DNA of 64,000 nt from Pseudomonadota bacterium (GTDB taxonomy: Bacteria; Bdellovibrionota_B; Oligoflexia; Oligoflexales; CAIYRB01): NCBI GenBank assembly GCA_026390445.1, contig JAPLFX010000031.1, positions 31,768-95,767 on the forward strand, read 5' to 3'. The translations under genes were made by a program, and so were the position numbers. Shown here piece after piece: positions 47,301 through 55,667 of the stretch (positions within the stretch are counted from its first letter, which is position 1; every line of letters starts with the position of its first letter). The notes beneath the pieces were generated by a model that did no database searches, was not told the DNA's origin, and worked only from the letters and a program-made list of their open reading frames with translations.

Positions 47301-48106
47301 AAGCTGCTCATCGAATTCAGCCAGATCGAGCTGACATTACCAAACCAGGTGAGGCCCAGGTCCAAAGAAAACCCTGAGGTGTTGATCTGTTGCGTGATCC
47401 GCCCCTGGTCCTCCTTGGTCAGGGCGAGCACTAGGTTTTCCATCCCGACATTTTGCACCAAGAGGTGGACCGGCAGATAAAGCAATGCCGGATCAAAGGG
47501 CAACAGTCCCTTGCCGACCGGACCGGGCGCCTTCACCGGTTCTGGTGCCGGCGGGCCAACCAGCTCTTTAGGCTTGGGGAAATGCGCGTCGCGATACGCC
47601 ATGATCCCAGCGAAATTGAAGATGCCGTCGGTCTGTTTTAAATAGATGTCAGGATGTTCAAGTTGCAGCGCCCGCAGCTCGATACGGCCAGCGAATAGCT
47701 TGGGTATACTGTATTCGATACGCAGGCGCTTAAACGCGGCCAGAACCTTTGGCTCCAGGGCACCGCCGGCCAATACGCCGCGGCTATCGCCCACGAGTGG
47801 TGGCGTATAGCTGACATCGAGTAGACGCAAACCGCTGAGCACATCGAATTCGACGGCACCGATCACTAGGCGTCCGCCGGTCTGGACGGCCGCCTGCTCG
47901 GTGAGCAGGTCTTTAATCCGCCCTGGTGTCAGATAGACTTTGATCCCACCATAAACAGCGGCAACGCTGGCAACGCCAGCGATGAATCCCCAGCCCAATA
48001 CGCGGGCGACGATCATGCGCAAGCGAGTACGACGCAACCAAGGCTTGCGTTTAACTGCAAGCTCGGGCGACTCGTTGCTGGTTGTAGTGTCGTCGGTCGT
48101 GGTCAT
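44348..48106 (-). CDS. AsmA-family (YdbH/TamB-like) inner-membrane-anchored envelope-spanning protein
   Basis: N-terminal anchor MIVARVLGWGFIAGVASVAAVYGG followed by an AsmA-type start (LVIGAVEFDVLSGLRLLDVSY). The body is long, beta-rich and low in Cys, with a central Pro/Ala-rich insert. It lies directly upstream of a DUF1318 gene, as in E. coli ydbH-ynbE-ydbL. Confidence 0.5.
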   Translation of the reverse strand: MTTTDDTTTSNESPELAVKRKPWLRRTRLRMIVARVLGWGFIAGVASVAAVYGGIKVYLTPGRIKDLLTEQAAVQTGGRLVIGAVEFDVLSGLRLLDVSYTPPLVGDSRGVLAGGALEPKVLAAFKRLRIEYSIPKLFAGRIELRALQLEHPDIYLKQTDGIFNFAGIMAYRDAHFPKPKELVGPPAPEPVKAPGPVGKGLLPFDPALLYLPVHLLVQNVGMENLVLALTKEDQGRITQQINTSGFSLDLGLTWFGNVSSIWLNSMSSFERPLTLTLDAEPAPGAKLVRSLSLESALGLRFELSNLTRAKVDLATQVINVATPAASYKDLRTLVKVAVNLSDDLKGIRIDTVEAELADAISYNLGGSISVADSRMEQITLKLKQQLHLDLKQLASLAKPFVPDLKASGEISLEDFKINGTVEPEKLKAAAKDLILPYVSGTLWLSEVFVDLPATGVAMEPLDGSLSIAVGPALSGGGSQVDVALDLNLPKVTAEKQTPLGLVSAGVADFTTKVTARALWPQMVAPILKVNVQAAHVTAKGEHIAPVDVPLFLDIDAEGRQDLEHLGLNANLELTGLAELSAMADCLDSCTHVRSNLQARLNSLAKLHAILLPLSEPLNLAAVMPTQLSGAVDLQFGLRGRLPNPRTTPPKELVEQADIQFSTQLNVSKLNAKLPLDHIDLKGLDTRFSLAGSTHQQKLDFTQKFDRLTLILPKPQAKPAESPGPVTKGNAATPAPAAAPAPPLTAAASVAAAEEKPPQPVAVDHFAFDLSIDNTIDGAVDISQVNALLHRMLTKVETKLFVGKVAMDGVLPHPVADFQLTSRVSQEQMNNLVLHDLTLRLPEFGTVVQLGATAGIGADFQPQSLHAKLDTQVVHNGEEKLPGGIKTSGRMGLRLAVDSDDMRTVGVDGYVSFAHFNVMVPGKQPNDPALLTLEKMNGQIPFRQVVKIPKPTPATTATTSTLPVDQAATVAAAGSSLPGQSQALPEVVVASDGDAAVDTDAVSMAHAVQTYMAKSDSRPMPGSNLVATVDYGSIRPFYPERRPLSIQRLEVANLEFSKMEFDMELRQNWFALNQFVIGFLGGKIEGDFQLAFDASNPVPSSIPQSLRASVHLTRLDTRKLIERFPSLSGKASSSELFSNPYIDATLHLVFDMRSNDIAGGLDISSIGKEQLRMILYFVDPFEQNPTIGDIRKALAFGEVRQVIIPLKNGEVGMDVDLRLLGAPIPLPKLSHFPISQLLQNVKDQSAPAASGAG

Positions 48107-48170
48107 ACCCAGTTAATATAGCTGGATTTGTCCACGCCGACGATGGGCAGCATTTACCTAAGAGCGCAGC

Positions 48171-48198
48171 GGCAAAAAACACCTAGGTGCTTTTTGCC
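48171..48198 (-). terminator. rho-independent-type terminator after pckA
   Basis: ggcaaaaaacacctaggtgctttttgcc is a near-perfect long hairpin with A/T runs in its arms. It begins 12 nt downstream of the pckA stop and lies upstream of the 48106 start. Confidence 0.55.
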
Positions 48199-48209
48199 TA
48201 GGTCTCTCA

Positions 48210-49838
48210 TTAAAGCTGGGGTCCAAACTTGGCCAGCTCCTTGCCGGCCGCGGTATCCTCGAAGCGACGGAACTTCTCGACGAACATTCCGGCCAGCTTT
48301 TTCAGGACTTGGTCATAGGCCGCTTTATCCGCCCAGGTGTTGCGTGGGTTGAGCAGCGTGCTGTCGACTCCAGCAATCGCCGTTGGCACTTCAAAGCCAA
48401 AGACCGGGAACTTCTCAAATGGACCCTTGTTGATCGAACCATCCAAGATGGCATCGATAATGGCCCGAGTGACCTTGAGGCTCATGCGTTTGCCGGTACC
48501 ATAGGCGCCACCACTCCAGCCGGTGTTGACGAGGTAGGCCGACGACCCGTGCTGACGCATCTTCTCAGAGAGGACCTTGCCGTAGGCGGTTGGGTGCAAC
48601 AGGAGAAAGGCGTTGCCAAAGCACGGCGAAAAGGTCGCCTGTGGTTCTTTGACGCCAATCTCGGTACCAGCCACCTTGGCCGTGTACCCGGATAGGTATT
48701 GGTACTGTGCCTGCTCAAAGGTCAGCTTTGAGACCGGAGGCAATACCCCGTAAGCATCGCACGTCAAAAAGATGACGCTTTTTGGATGGCCGCCTTTGGA
48801 AACTGGCTTGACGATATTCTCGATGTGATAGATCGGGTAGGAGACGCGGGTGTTTTCGGTCTTCGACTGATCGTTGAAGTCGGGGGTGCCGTCGGCGCTC
48901 AGCACGACGTTCTCGAGCAGCGCATCGCGCTTGATGGCATGATAGATCTCCGGCTCGCTATCGGCCGATAGATTGATGCACTTGGCGTAGCACCCGCCTT
49001 CAAAGTTGAACACGCCGTCGTGGTCCCAGCCATGCTCATCGTCGCCGATCAAGGCGCGCTTAGGGTCGGTTGACAGGGTGGTCTTACCAGTGCCAGACAG
49101 ACCAAAGAACAGCGCCGTGTCGCCCTTGAGGCCTTGGTTGGCCGAGCAGTGAAAGGCGCCAATGCCCTTTAGCGGGAGGAAATAGTTCATGATGCTGAAG
49201 ATGCCCTTTTTGATCTCACCGCCGTACCAGGTGCCACCGATCAGGGTCATACGTTCTTTTAGGTGGAAGGCAACGAAGGTCTCGGTGCGCAGGCCGAGCT
49301 CTTTAAAATTGTCGGCCTGGGTCTTACAGGCATCCAGGATGGTCCAGTCAGGTTTGAAGGACTTTAACTCTTCGGCCGTTGGCCGAATAAACATGTTCTT
49401 AGCAAAGTGCGCCTTCCAGGCGATTTCCGTCACCAAGCGAACCGACAAACGAGTCGCGGGGTTAGCGCCGCAAAAGGCATCGACGACAAACAGCGGTTTG
49501 CCATTCAGGCGTCCAGTCACCAGACCCTTTAGCTTGCTCCAAACCTCTTGCTGCATCGGCTGATTGTCAGAACCGGTACCCGACCACCAGACATGCTCTT
49601 TGTTGTCTGGATCGACGACGATGTATTTATCTTTAGGCGACCGGCCGGTGAAGCGCCCGGTGTCGACGTTGACAGCGCCCAGTTTGGACACCTGTCCCTT
49701 CTCGAAGCCTTGAGCACTTGGGCTCGTTTCGAAGCGAAAAAGGTCATCGTAAGACGGGTTGTAATGAAGCTCGGTGGCGGTGTGAATGCCGAGGTTGTCG
49801 AGGCCGAGGGTCTTTAGGTTCGGGCTGGCGGTTGTCAT
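48210..49838 (-). CDS. pckA: phosphoenolpyruvate carboxykinase (ATP)
   Basis: [11 protein letters not shown] kinase-1a loop, IGDDEHGW and [19 protein letters not shown] 49838 is preceded by GGAGA. The ORF's TTG 49865 is less likely. Confidence 0.95.
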   Translation of the reverse strand: MTTASPNLKTLGLDNLGIHTATELHYNPSYDDLFRFETSPSAQGFEKGQVSKLGAVNVDTGRFTGRSPKDKYIVVDPDNKEHVWWSGTGSDNQPMQQEVWSKLKGLVTGRLNGKPLFVVDAFCGANPATRLSVRLVTEIAWKAHFAKNMFIRPTAEELKSFKPDWTILDACKTQADNFKELGLRTETFVAFHLKERMTLIGGTWYGGEIKKGIFSIMNYFLPLKGIGAFHCSANQGLKGDTALFFGLSGTGKTTLSTDPKRALIGDDEHGWDHDGVFNFEGGCYAKCINLSADSEPEIYHAIKRDALLENVVLSADGTPDFNDQSKTENTRVSYPIYHIENIVKPVSKGGHPKSVIFLTCDAYGVLPPVSKLTFEQAQYQYLSGYTAKVAGTEIGVKEPQATFSPCFGNAFLLLHPTAYGKVLSEKMRQHGSSAYLVNTGWSGGAYGTGKRMSLKVTRAIIDAILDGSINKGPFEKFPVFGFEVPTAIAGVDSTLLNPRNTWADKAAYDQVLKKLAGMFVEKFRRFEDTAAGKELAKFGPQL

Positions 49839-49959
49839 ATGAAAAGTCTCCAAAGTGCCTGACAAAGCGGGTCAGAACAGACCTTCGCTTTATCAGAAAT
49901 TCATGATGAGGAGCAGCACCTTAATAATTTAGTAGCAATATCATAGAACTACCGATGAG

Positions 49960-51360
49960 CTAAGGGAATATTTTACCCGGATTCAAAAGGTTCGCGGGAT
50001 CCAAAAGCTGCTTGATTTGCCGCATCAAAGTCACTTCTGGCTCACTACGCGAAAAGTGCAGATCCTTTTTCTTCAGCAGGCCGATACCGTGCTCAGCACT
50101 GATGCTGCCCTTGTAGCGGGCCAGGCGTTCAAAGATCCTCAGTTCGATCAGTCGCGCGCGTGCGTTAAAATCAGCAAAGGACTCTGCCTTGTTCAGACCG
50201 ACGTAATTGATATGCAGGTTACCGTCGCCAATGTGGCCAAAGAGCACCAACTGAATATCTTTAGGCGCCGCGGCGACCTCAAGCTCCAGGTCCGCAGTAA
50301 AGGCGGCCAACTGGCCGATGGCCAATGAGATATCGTTTTTGCGGATGTGGCCATGCTTGGACAGGCTCTCGGTAATGTTCTCTCGCAGGCCCCAAAGCTC
50401 CTTAAATTGAGCCGATGAAGTCGCCACGACCGCATCGCTGATCAAATCCGCGGCAAAGATCTGCTCGAGCAGCGGTTGCATCACGTCGATGCCACCAGCT
50501 CCCTCCTCCACCTCCAGGAGGACATAGTAGGGCGACTTTTCCGCAAATGGCGAACGTGCACCTAGAGCGTGCTGCAGAACGATTTCATGCGCCGCCCGGG
50601 TAAAAAACTCGAAGGCCGTCAACTGCACACCAGCCTTGCCGCATACACTGAGGATCTGCAAAATCGACTCGAAGCTCGGCACAGCCAGTACGCTCACCTG
50701 CATATTGCGTGGCGGCGGCGTCAGACGCAGGGTCGCCCGGGTCACGATGCCCAGGGTTCCTTCGGAGCCAATAAACAACTGGCGCAGGTCATATCCGGTG
50801 TTGTTCTTACGTAGCCCCGTGTTCATATCGAGCACTTCGCCACTAGGCAAGACCACCTCGATCCCAAGCACCTGTTCGCGCATGCCGCCAAACCGAATAA
50901 ACTTCACGCCGCCGGCATTGGTGGCGATATTGCCGCCGATCTGGCAACTGCCCTTCGCAGCCAGGTCGAGCGGAAAAAACAGGCCCACCTGCTTAGCCGC
51001 TTCCTGAACTTGCTGCGTCGTGATACCCGCCTCGACCCGGATGGTCTGACCGACCTCGTCCAGCTCCTCTATCTTTGTCATGCGGCTTAGTGACAGCACG
51101 ACCTCGCCGTTAGTCGCCACCGCTGCACCGGCGAGCCCGGTGCGACCGCCGCTTGGCACGATCGGCAACTTATGAGCTTGGCAATAGGTCACAACCGCCG
51201 CCACCTCGGCCGTCGATGCGGGCAGCAAGATAACGCTGGGTTTAGCTTGGTGCACCCGCGTCCAGTCGCGTCCATAGGCCTCAAGGTCGCTGGGACTAGT
51301 CAAGACATTGGCCTGGCCGAGTAACTGGCGCAGGTCGGACAGGGTGGATTCTTGCAACAT
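49960..51360 (-). CDS. FAD-binding oxidase, GlcD/D-lactate (D-2-hydroxyacid) dehydrogenase family
   Basis: FAD_binding_4 pattern VVTYCQAHKLPIVPSGGRTGLAGAAV, GGNIATNAGG and a C-terminal SAEHGIG. Confidence 0.8.
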   Translation of the reverse strand: MLQESTLSDLRQLLGQANVLTSPSDLEAYGRDWTRVHQAKPSVILLPASTAEVAAVVTYCQAHKLPIVPSGGRTGLAGAAVATNGEVVLSLSRMTKIEELDEVGQTIRVEAGITTQQVQEAAKQVGLFFPLDLAAKGSCQIGGNIATNAGGVKFIRFGGMREQVLGIEVVLPSGEVLDMNTGLRKNNTGYDLRQLFIGSEGTLGIVTRATLRLTPPPRNMQVSVLAVPSFESILQILSVCGKAGVQLTAFEFFTRAAHEIVLQHALGARSPFAEKSPYYVLLEVEEGAGGIDVMQPLLEQIFAADLISDAVVATSSAQFKELWGLRENITESLSKHGHIRKNDISLAIGQLAAFTADLELEVAAAPKDIQLVLFGHIGDGNLHINYVGLNKAESFADFNARARLIELRIFERLARYKGSISAEHGIGLLKKKDLHFSRSEPEVTLMRQIKQLLDPANLLNPGKIFP

Positions 51361-51413
51361 CGAGGGCTCCTTAAAGGCTACGCTCGAAGAGTATCAAGCC
51401 GGATGCCTGGCTC

Positions 51414-52922
51414 CTACAGCAGATTCATAAAGGCCGTGAGGACTTGGTCTTGTTGATCGCGCAGATCCGCCACCGCCGGCTGACTCGACCCGTCCTTGCC
51501 GTTTTCCAAGATACAAAAGGCCACCATGCCGTGCTTGGGATGACGAAAGTAGCCGGCGATTGCCGACACCGCGATGGGCTCCGTCAAGGTCCCGGTCTTC
51601 GCTCGGATCAGGCCTTTTAGTTCGACTGCGTCCCCTTTGCCAAAACGCTTCTTCAGGGTGCCGTCCCAGCCCGTGGCCGGCAGACTGGCGAGGAACTCGG
51701 GAAATACCTCCATATGCTTCGCCATATAGGCGAGCACATCGACCACCTGGCGCGCACTCAGGCGATTCTCCGTGGCCAAGCCCGACCCGTTTTCCAGCAC
51801 GAAGTTCGAGGTGATGCCGACGTCTTTGCCGAGAAAATCGCGTAGGACCTGCACCCCATTGGCAAAGCTCCCCGAGCCTGGAGCGTCCGCCGGCCCTTTA
51901 ATCGGATAGGCCGCGCCCAGGCGCTTCACCAAGGCATCGGCAATGAAGTTATTGGAGAAGGTATTGAGGCCGGTGACGATCTTGCGCATCTCGTAGCCTT
52001 CTAGCTCCAGCAGCAAGGTCGCCTCCTTCGGCTTAAGCCCAGCCCTAACGCCTCCCGCCACGATCACCCCAGCATTTTTCAAAAACGCCCTCAAATACTC
52101 CCCAGACGCCTGCACCTCGTTGCCGACCGAGCGGTAGACCTTCTGCATCGGCGCCCCTACACCGATCGTTCCCGCAACCTGCAGTCGCTCGTCCTTGCCG
52201 CTAACGCGCCGCGTAACCTGAAGCGACCGATGCGCCCCCGCTTTCGTGGTGAGCGCGGAGTTATCGAGCACCACTCCACGCAGGGGGTAGGGATCTAGAT
52301 TGACCAGTGCGCTTTGGCCGGCCCGTCCACTGGGCGCGATGGCTACGGCAAAGGTATTAAAATTAACTGCAAATGCCGATACGGGCGCATCATAGGCATT
52401 GCTTGACTGCCGGATACCGCCCTGACGGGAATCATCGCGGTTTTCGCTATCGAACAGGCTATTGTCGATCACCAGGTCACCGCTCACTTCACGGATGCCG
52501 AGGTTTTTGATGTCGGCGGCCAGCTGCCACAGTTTCTCCGAGACGATGAAGGGATCACCGCTGCCAACGACGACCAAATCCCCGAGAATTTTATCGTTCT
52601 TGCGCTGACCGGTGTAATAGATCGGCGTCTTGAAGGTAAACACCGGACTAAGCTTGGACAGCACTGCAGCCGAGGTGACGACCTTGGTGACCGAGGCAGG
52701 AGCAAGAAGCTGCGTCGCCTCCTTTTGATACAGCACGGCGCCGTCGCTCAGTCTCTGCACCAAAATACCCTGCGCTAGCTTCGTCCCATGCAGCGCTAAA
52801 AGCCGCCCAATCGCATCGGCGTCGCCCGGGCTATCCTCTGACTTACTGCCCAATGCCACCTGCCCTCGCAGCGACAAAAGCAAAAGCGCCCCAAACAGTG
52901 CACTACGGCCGCGTCGGAACAT
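51414..52922 (-). CDS. dacB: D-alanyl-D-alanine carboxypeptidase/endopeptidase (PBP4, S13)
   Basis: SxxK (PASVTKVVT), SxN (FSNNFIAD) and KTG (AKTGTL). ATG 52922 is preceded by GGAGGGAG. Confidence 0.88.
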   Translation of the reverse strand: MFRRGRSALFGALLLLSLRGQVALGSKSEDSPGDADAIGRLLALHGTKLAQGILVQRLSDGAVLYQKEATQLLAPASVTKVVTSAAVLSKLSPVFTFKTPIYYTGQRKNDKILGDLVVVGSGDPFIVSEKLWQLAADIKNLGIREVSGDLVIDNSLFDSENRDDSRQGGIRQSSNAYDAPVSAFAVNFNTFAVAIAPSGRAGQSALVNLDPYPLRGVVLDNSALTTKAGAHRSLQVTRRVSGKDERLQVAGTIGVGAPMQKVYRSVGNEVQASGEYLRAFLKNAGVIVAGGVRAGLKPKEATLLLELEGYEMRKIVTGLNTFSNNFIADALVKRLGAAYPIKGPADAPGSGSFANGVQVLRDFLGKDVGITSNFVLENGSGLATENRLSARQVVDVLAYMAKHMEVFPEFLASLPATGWDGTLKKRFGKGDAVELKGLIRAKTGTLTEPIAVSAIAGYFRHPKHGMVAFCILENGKDGSSQPAVADLRDQQDQVLTAFMNLL

Positions 52923-53115
52923 GCTCCCTCCCTCTGCCCACAGGCGATTCAATCATCCCGGAATGATAGCCTTTTTACCTATCTACGCCAATCCCAAGCG
53001 AGGCGCAGGAGTGGTCTAGGCAAGGCTTATTGGAATACCTTGGCGGGCCGCCTGCGAACTTGCTAAGTTCAGGCGCCACAAAAAGCAGCAGTCCTGCCAC
53101 ACTGAGGAATTCTCC

Positions 53116-54051
53116 ATGAGCAGCGCAACAAACGACGTGACGATTATTGGCACCGGCCCCTCCGGGCTTACAGCCGCGATCTATACTACCCGGGGTGGTC
53201 TGAAAACCCAAGTCTACGCCGGCATCCAGCATGGTGGCCAGCTGACGACCACGACCGAGATCGAAAACTGGCCGGGGATGCGCGAGGCGATCATGGGCCC
53301 GCAGCTGATGGCGGACATGACCGCTCAAGTCGAACGGATCGGTGCCGAGGTCGTCTACGAAGAGATCACCAAGGTCGATTTCTCAAAGCGGCCGCTGCGG
53401 CTATGGGCCGGCGACCGAGAGTTCACCTCGCACAGCGTCATCATTGCGACCGGAGCCACAGCCCGGACCTTGAAGCTACCATCCGAAGCCGCACTGATGG
53501 GTCGTGGCCTATCTACGTGTGCCACCTGCGACGGCTTCTTCTACAAAGACAAGAAGGTGATCGTCGTCGGCGGCGGCGACTCAGCGATGGAAGAGGCGAG
53601 CTACCTTGCCAAGCTTTGCTCGGAAGTGATTCTCATCCACCGCCGGCCGGTATTTCGCGCCTCGGCAATCATGCTAGAACGGGCGCGCAAGAACCCAAAG
53701 ATCAAGTTCATGGTGCCCTACGATGTGGTCGACACGAAAGCCGACCACACCGGCCTGACCGCCGCCGTGCTCAAGAACGAAGACACCGGCAAGCTCGAAG
53801 AAATGCCAATCGCCGGTTTATTTATGGCGATCGGCCACACCCCAAACTCTTCGCTATTTAAAGACTTCCTCGACCACGACGAAAACGGCTATCTCAAGGT
53901 CACCAACTTCACCGAAACCAAGGTTCCCGGCGTCTTTGCCGCCGGCGATATTGCCGACCATGTGTTTCGCCAGGCGATCACCGCCGCGGGTATGGGCTGC
54001 CAAGCAGGCATGCAGGCCATCCGTTATCTCGAGAACCTTTCGACTACCTAA
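53116..54051 (+). CDS. trxB: thioredoxin-disulfide reductase
   Basis: IIGTGPSG, redox-active CATCDGFF, GGGDSAMEEA and GVFAAGD. Confidence 0.95.
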   Translation: MSSATNDVTIIGTGPSGLTAAIYTTRGGLKTQVYAGIQHGGQLTTTTEIENWPGMREAIMGPQLMADMTAQVERIGAEVVYEEITKVDFSKRPLRLWAGDREFTSHSVIIATGATARTLKLPSEAALMGRGLSTCATCDGFFYKDKKVIVVGGGDSAMEEASYLAKLCSEVILIHRRPVFRASAIMLERARKNPKIKFMVPYDVVDTKADHTGLTAAVLKNEDTGKLEEMPIAGLFMAIGHTPNSSLFKDFLDHDENGYLKVTNFTETKVPGVFAAGDIADHVFRQAITAAGMGCQAGMQAIRYLENLSTT

Positions 54052-54065
54052 GGGCGGGACTAAAC

Positions 54066-55214
54066 ATGGGTTTATTTTCATCGATCAAAGACAAAGTGGT
54101 GGGAACTCCTAAACCGCTCCTGACCGAGGCACACATCAAGTCGGCGCTGAGCGTCGTCATGGATCCCGACCTCCATCAAGACATCGTCACCCTCGGTTTT
54201 GTTCGAGCCATCGCCATCAACGGCAGCAGCGTATCGCTTGAAGTCAATCTGACGACACCGGCTTGCCCGGTCAAGGAACAGCTGAAATCGCAGGTTGAAG
54301 ACATCCTAAAGGCACTGCCTGGCGTCAGCGACGTGACGGTCACTATGACCGCCACGACCCGGGCGCCGCAGGTTAGTGCGGCAGCGGCGACCAATCCGTC
54401 CCTGCAGCACGTCAAGAATATCATCGCCGTCGCCAGTGGTAAGGGCGGCGTCGGCAAGTCCACCACGGCGGTCAATTTAGCTTTTGCCTTAGCCAAGGCC
54501 GGCTCTAAGGTTGGTCTGCTCGACGCCGATGTTTATGGCCCATCCGTGCCACGCATGGTGCGCATCACCAAACCCGCACACGACGCCGGACCTAACGTCA
54601 TCGTACCGCCCGAATCGCACGGCGTAAAGGTCCTCTCTGCCGGCATGTTTTCCCAACCTGGCGAAGCCACCATCCTGCGCGGGCCGATGGCTGGCAATGT
54701 CGTAAAGCAGTTTCTCACGCAAGTACAATGGGGCGAACTCGATTACTTGATCATCGACTACCCACCTGGCACGGGCGACATCCAGCTCACGATCTCGCAG
54801 ACCGCGCCGGTCACCGGTGCCGTGATCGTCACGACGCCCCAGGAGGTGTCGCTGATCGACGTACGCAAAGCGATCAGCATGTTCAAAACGCTTAAGGTAC
54901 CGGTCCTGGGCGTGATCGAAACGATGAGTTATTTCGTCTGCGATGGTTGCGACAAGAAGCACGAGATTTTCCGCAGCGGTGGTGGCGAACGCCTCGCCCG
55001 CGAGTACGGAGTCGCCTTCCTCGGCGGCATTCCACTCGACCCCAGAGTCGTCGTCGGTGGCGACGAAGGCTCAGTACAAGTCCAAAGCTTGCCTGACTCG
55101 CCTGCGGCCAAGGCCTATAGCGGTGCCGCTGGTGCTGTCGCGCAGCAGCTGTCGATCCTCAACAGCGTCGACTCCGGCGCCCTGAACCAATTTGTCCTCG
55201 AATGGAAGCATTGA
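54066..55214 (+). CDS. apbC: Mrp/ApbC/NBP35-family Fe-S cluster carrier ATPase with N-terminal DUF59
   Basis: DUF59 segment (VMDPDLHQDIVTLGFV), Walker A SGKGGVGKST, and CDGCDKKHEIF (CxxC). Confidence 0.9.
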   Translation: MGLFSSIKDKVVGTPKPLLTEAHIKSALSVVMDPDLHQDIVTLGFVRAIAINGSSVSLEVNLTTPACPVKEQLKSQVEDILKALPGVSDVTVTMTATTRAPQVSAAAATNPSLQHVKNIIAVASGKGGVGKSTTAVNLAFALAKAGSKVGLLDADVYGPSVPRMVRITKPAHDAGPNVIVPPESHGVKVLSAGMFSQPGEATILRGPMAGNVVKQFLTQVQWGELDYLIIDYPPGTGDIQLTISQTAPVTGAVIVTTPQEVSLIDVRKAISMFKTLKVPVLGVIETMSYFVCDGCDKKHEIFRSGGGERLAREYGVAFLGGIPLDPRVVVGGDEGSVQVQSLPDSPAAKAYSGAAGAVAQQLSILNSVDSGALNQFVLEWKH

Positions 55215-55232
55215 GCCAAAAAAGGACCTCGC

Positions 55233-55529
55233 ATGAGCTACATCAGAGTGAAAGATATCAGTCAGGTCGACGAGCGAACCCTCGGTGTGCTTTGGACCGA
55301 CGGCCGTAAAAACAAGATCGACGTCGTCGATCTGCGCCGCCGCTGTCCTTGTGCTGTCTGCATCGACGAGTGGACCAGGGCGCAGCGCCTGAAACCCGAG
55401 GATATTGCCGAAAGTGTCCGGCCGGTCAAGATTGAGTCGGTGGGCTCATATGCCTTGAAAGTGCAATTTAGCGATGGGCATAGCACCGGCATCTATACCT
55501 TTCAAATGCTGCGAGAAGCCTTCCACTAG
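55233..55529 (+). CDS. DUF971-family protein
   Basis: LGVLWTDG...LRRRCPCAVCIDEW...VGSYALKVQFSDGHSTGIYTFQMLRE is the typical DUF971 pattern. This family is a frequent Mrp neighbour. Confidence 0.85.
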   Translation: MSYIRVKDISQVDERTLGVLWTDGRKNKIDVVDLRRRCPCAVCIDEWTRAQRLKPEDIAESVRPVKIESVGSYALKVQFSDGHSTGIYTFQMLREAFH

Positions 55530-55667
55530 GGCGTCCTTTACCTGTAAATTTACGATAAAGCTCGCCGACCGACGTGACAACAAAACCAACCTTTGTTATG
55601 AACACGCGGTCGTATAGCTATGTTCTGTTTGCAGTTTCGACACAACAACGGTCATCAAGGATCCCCC

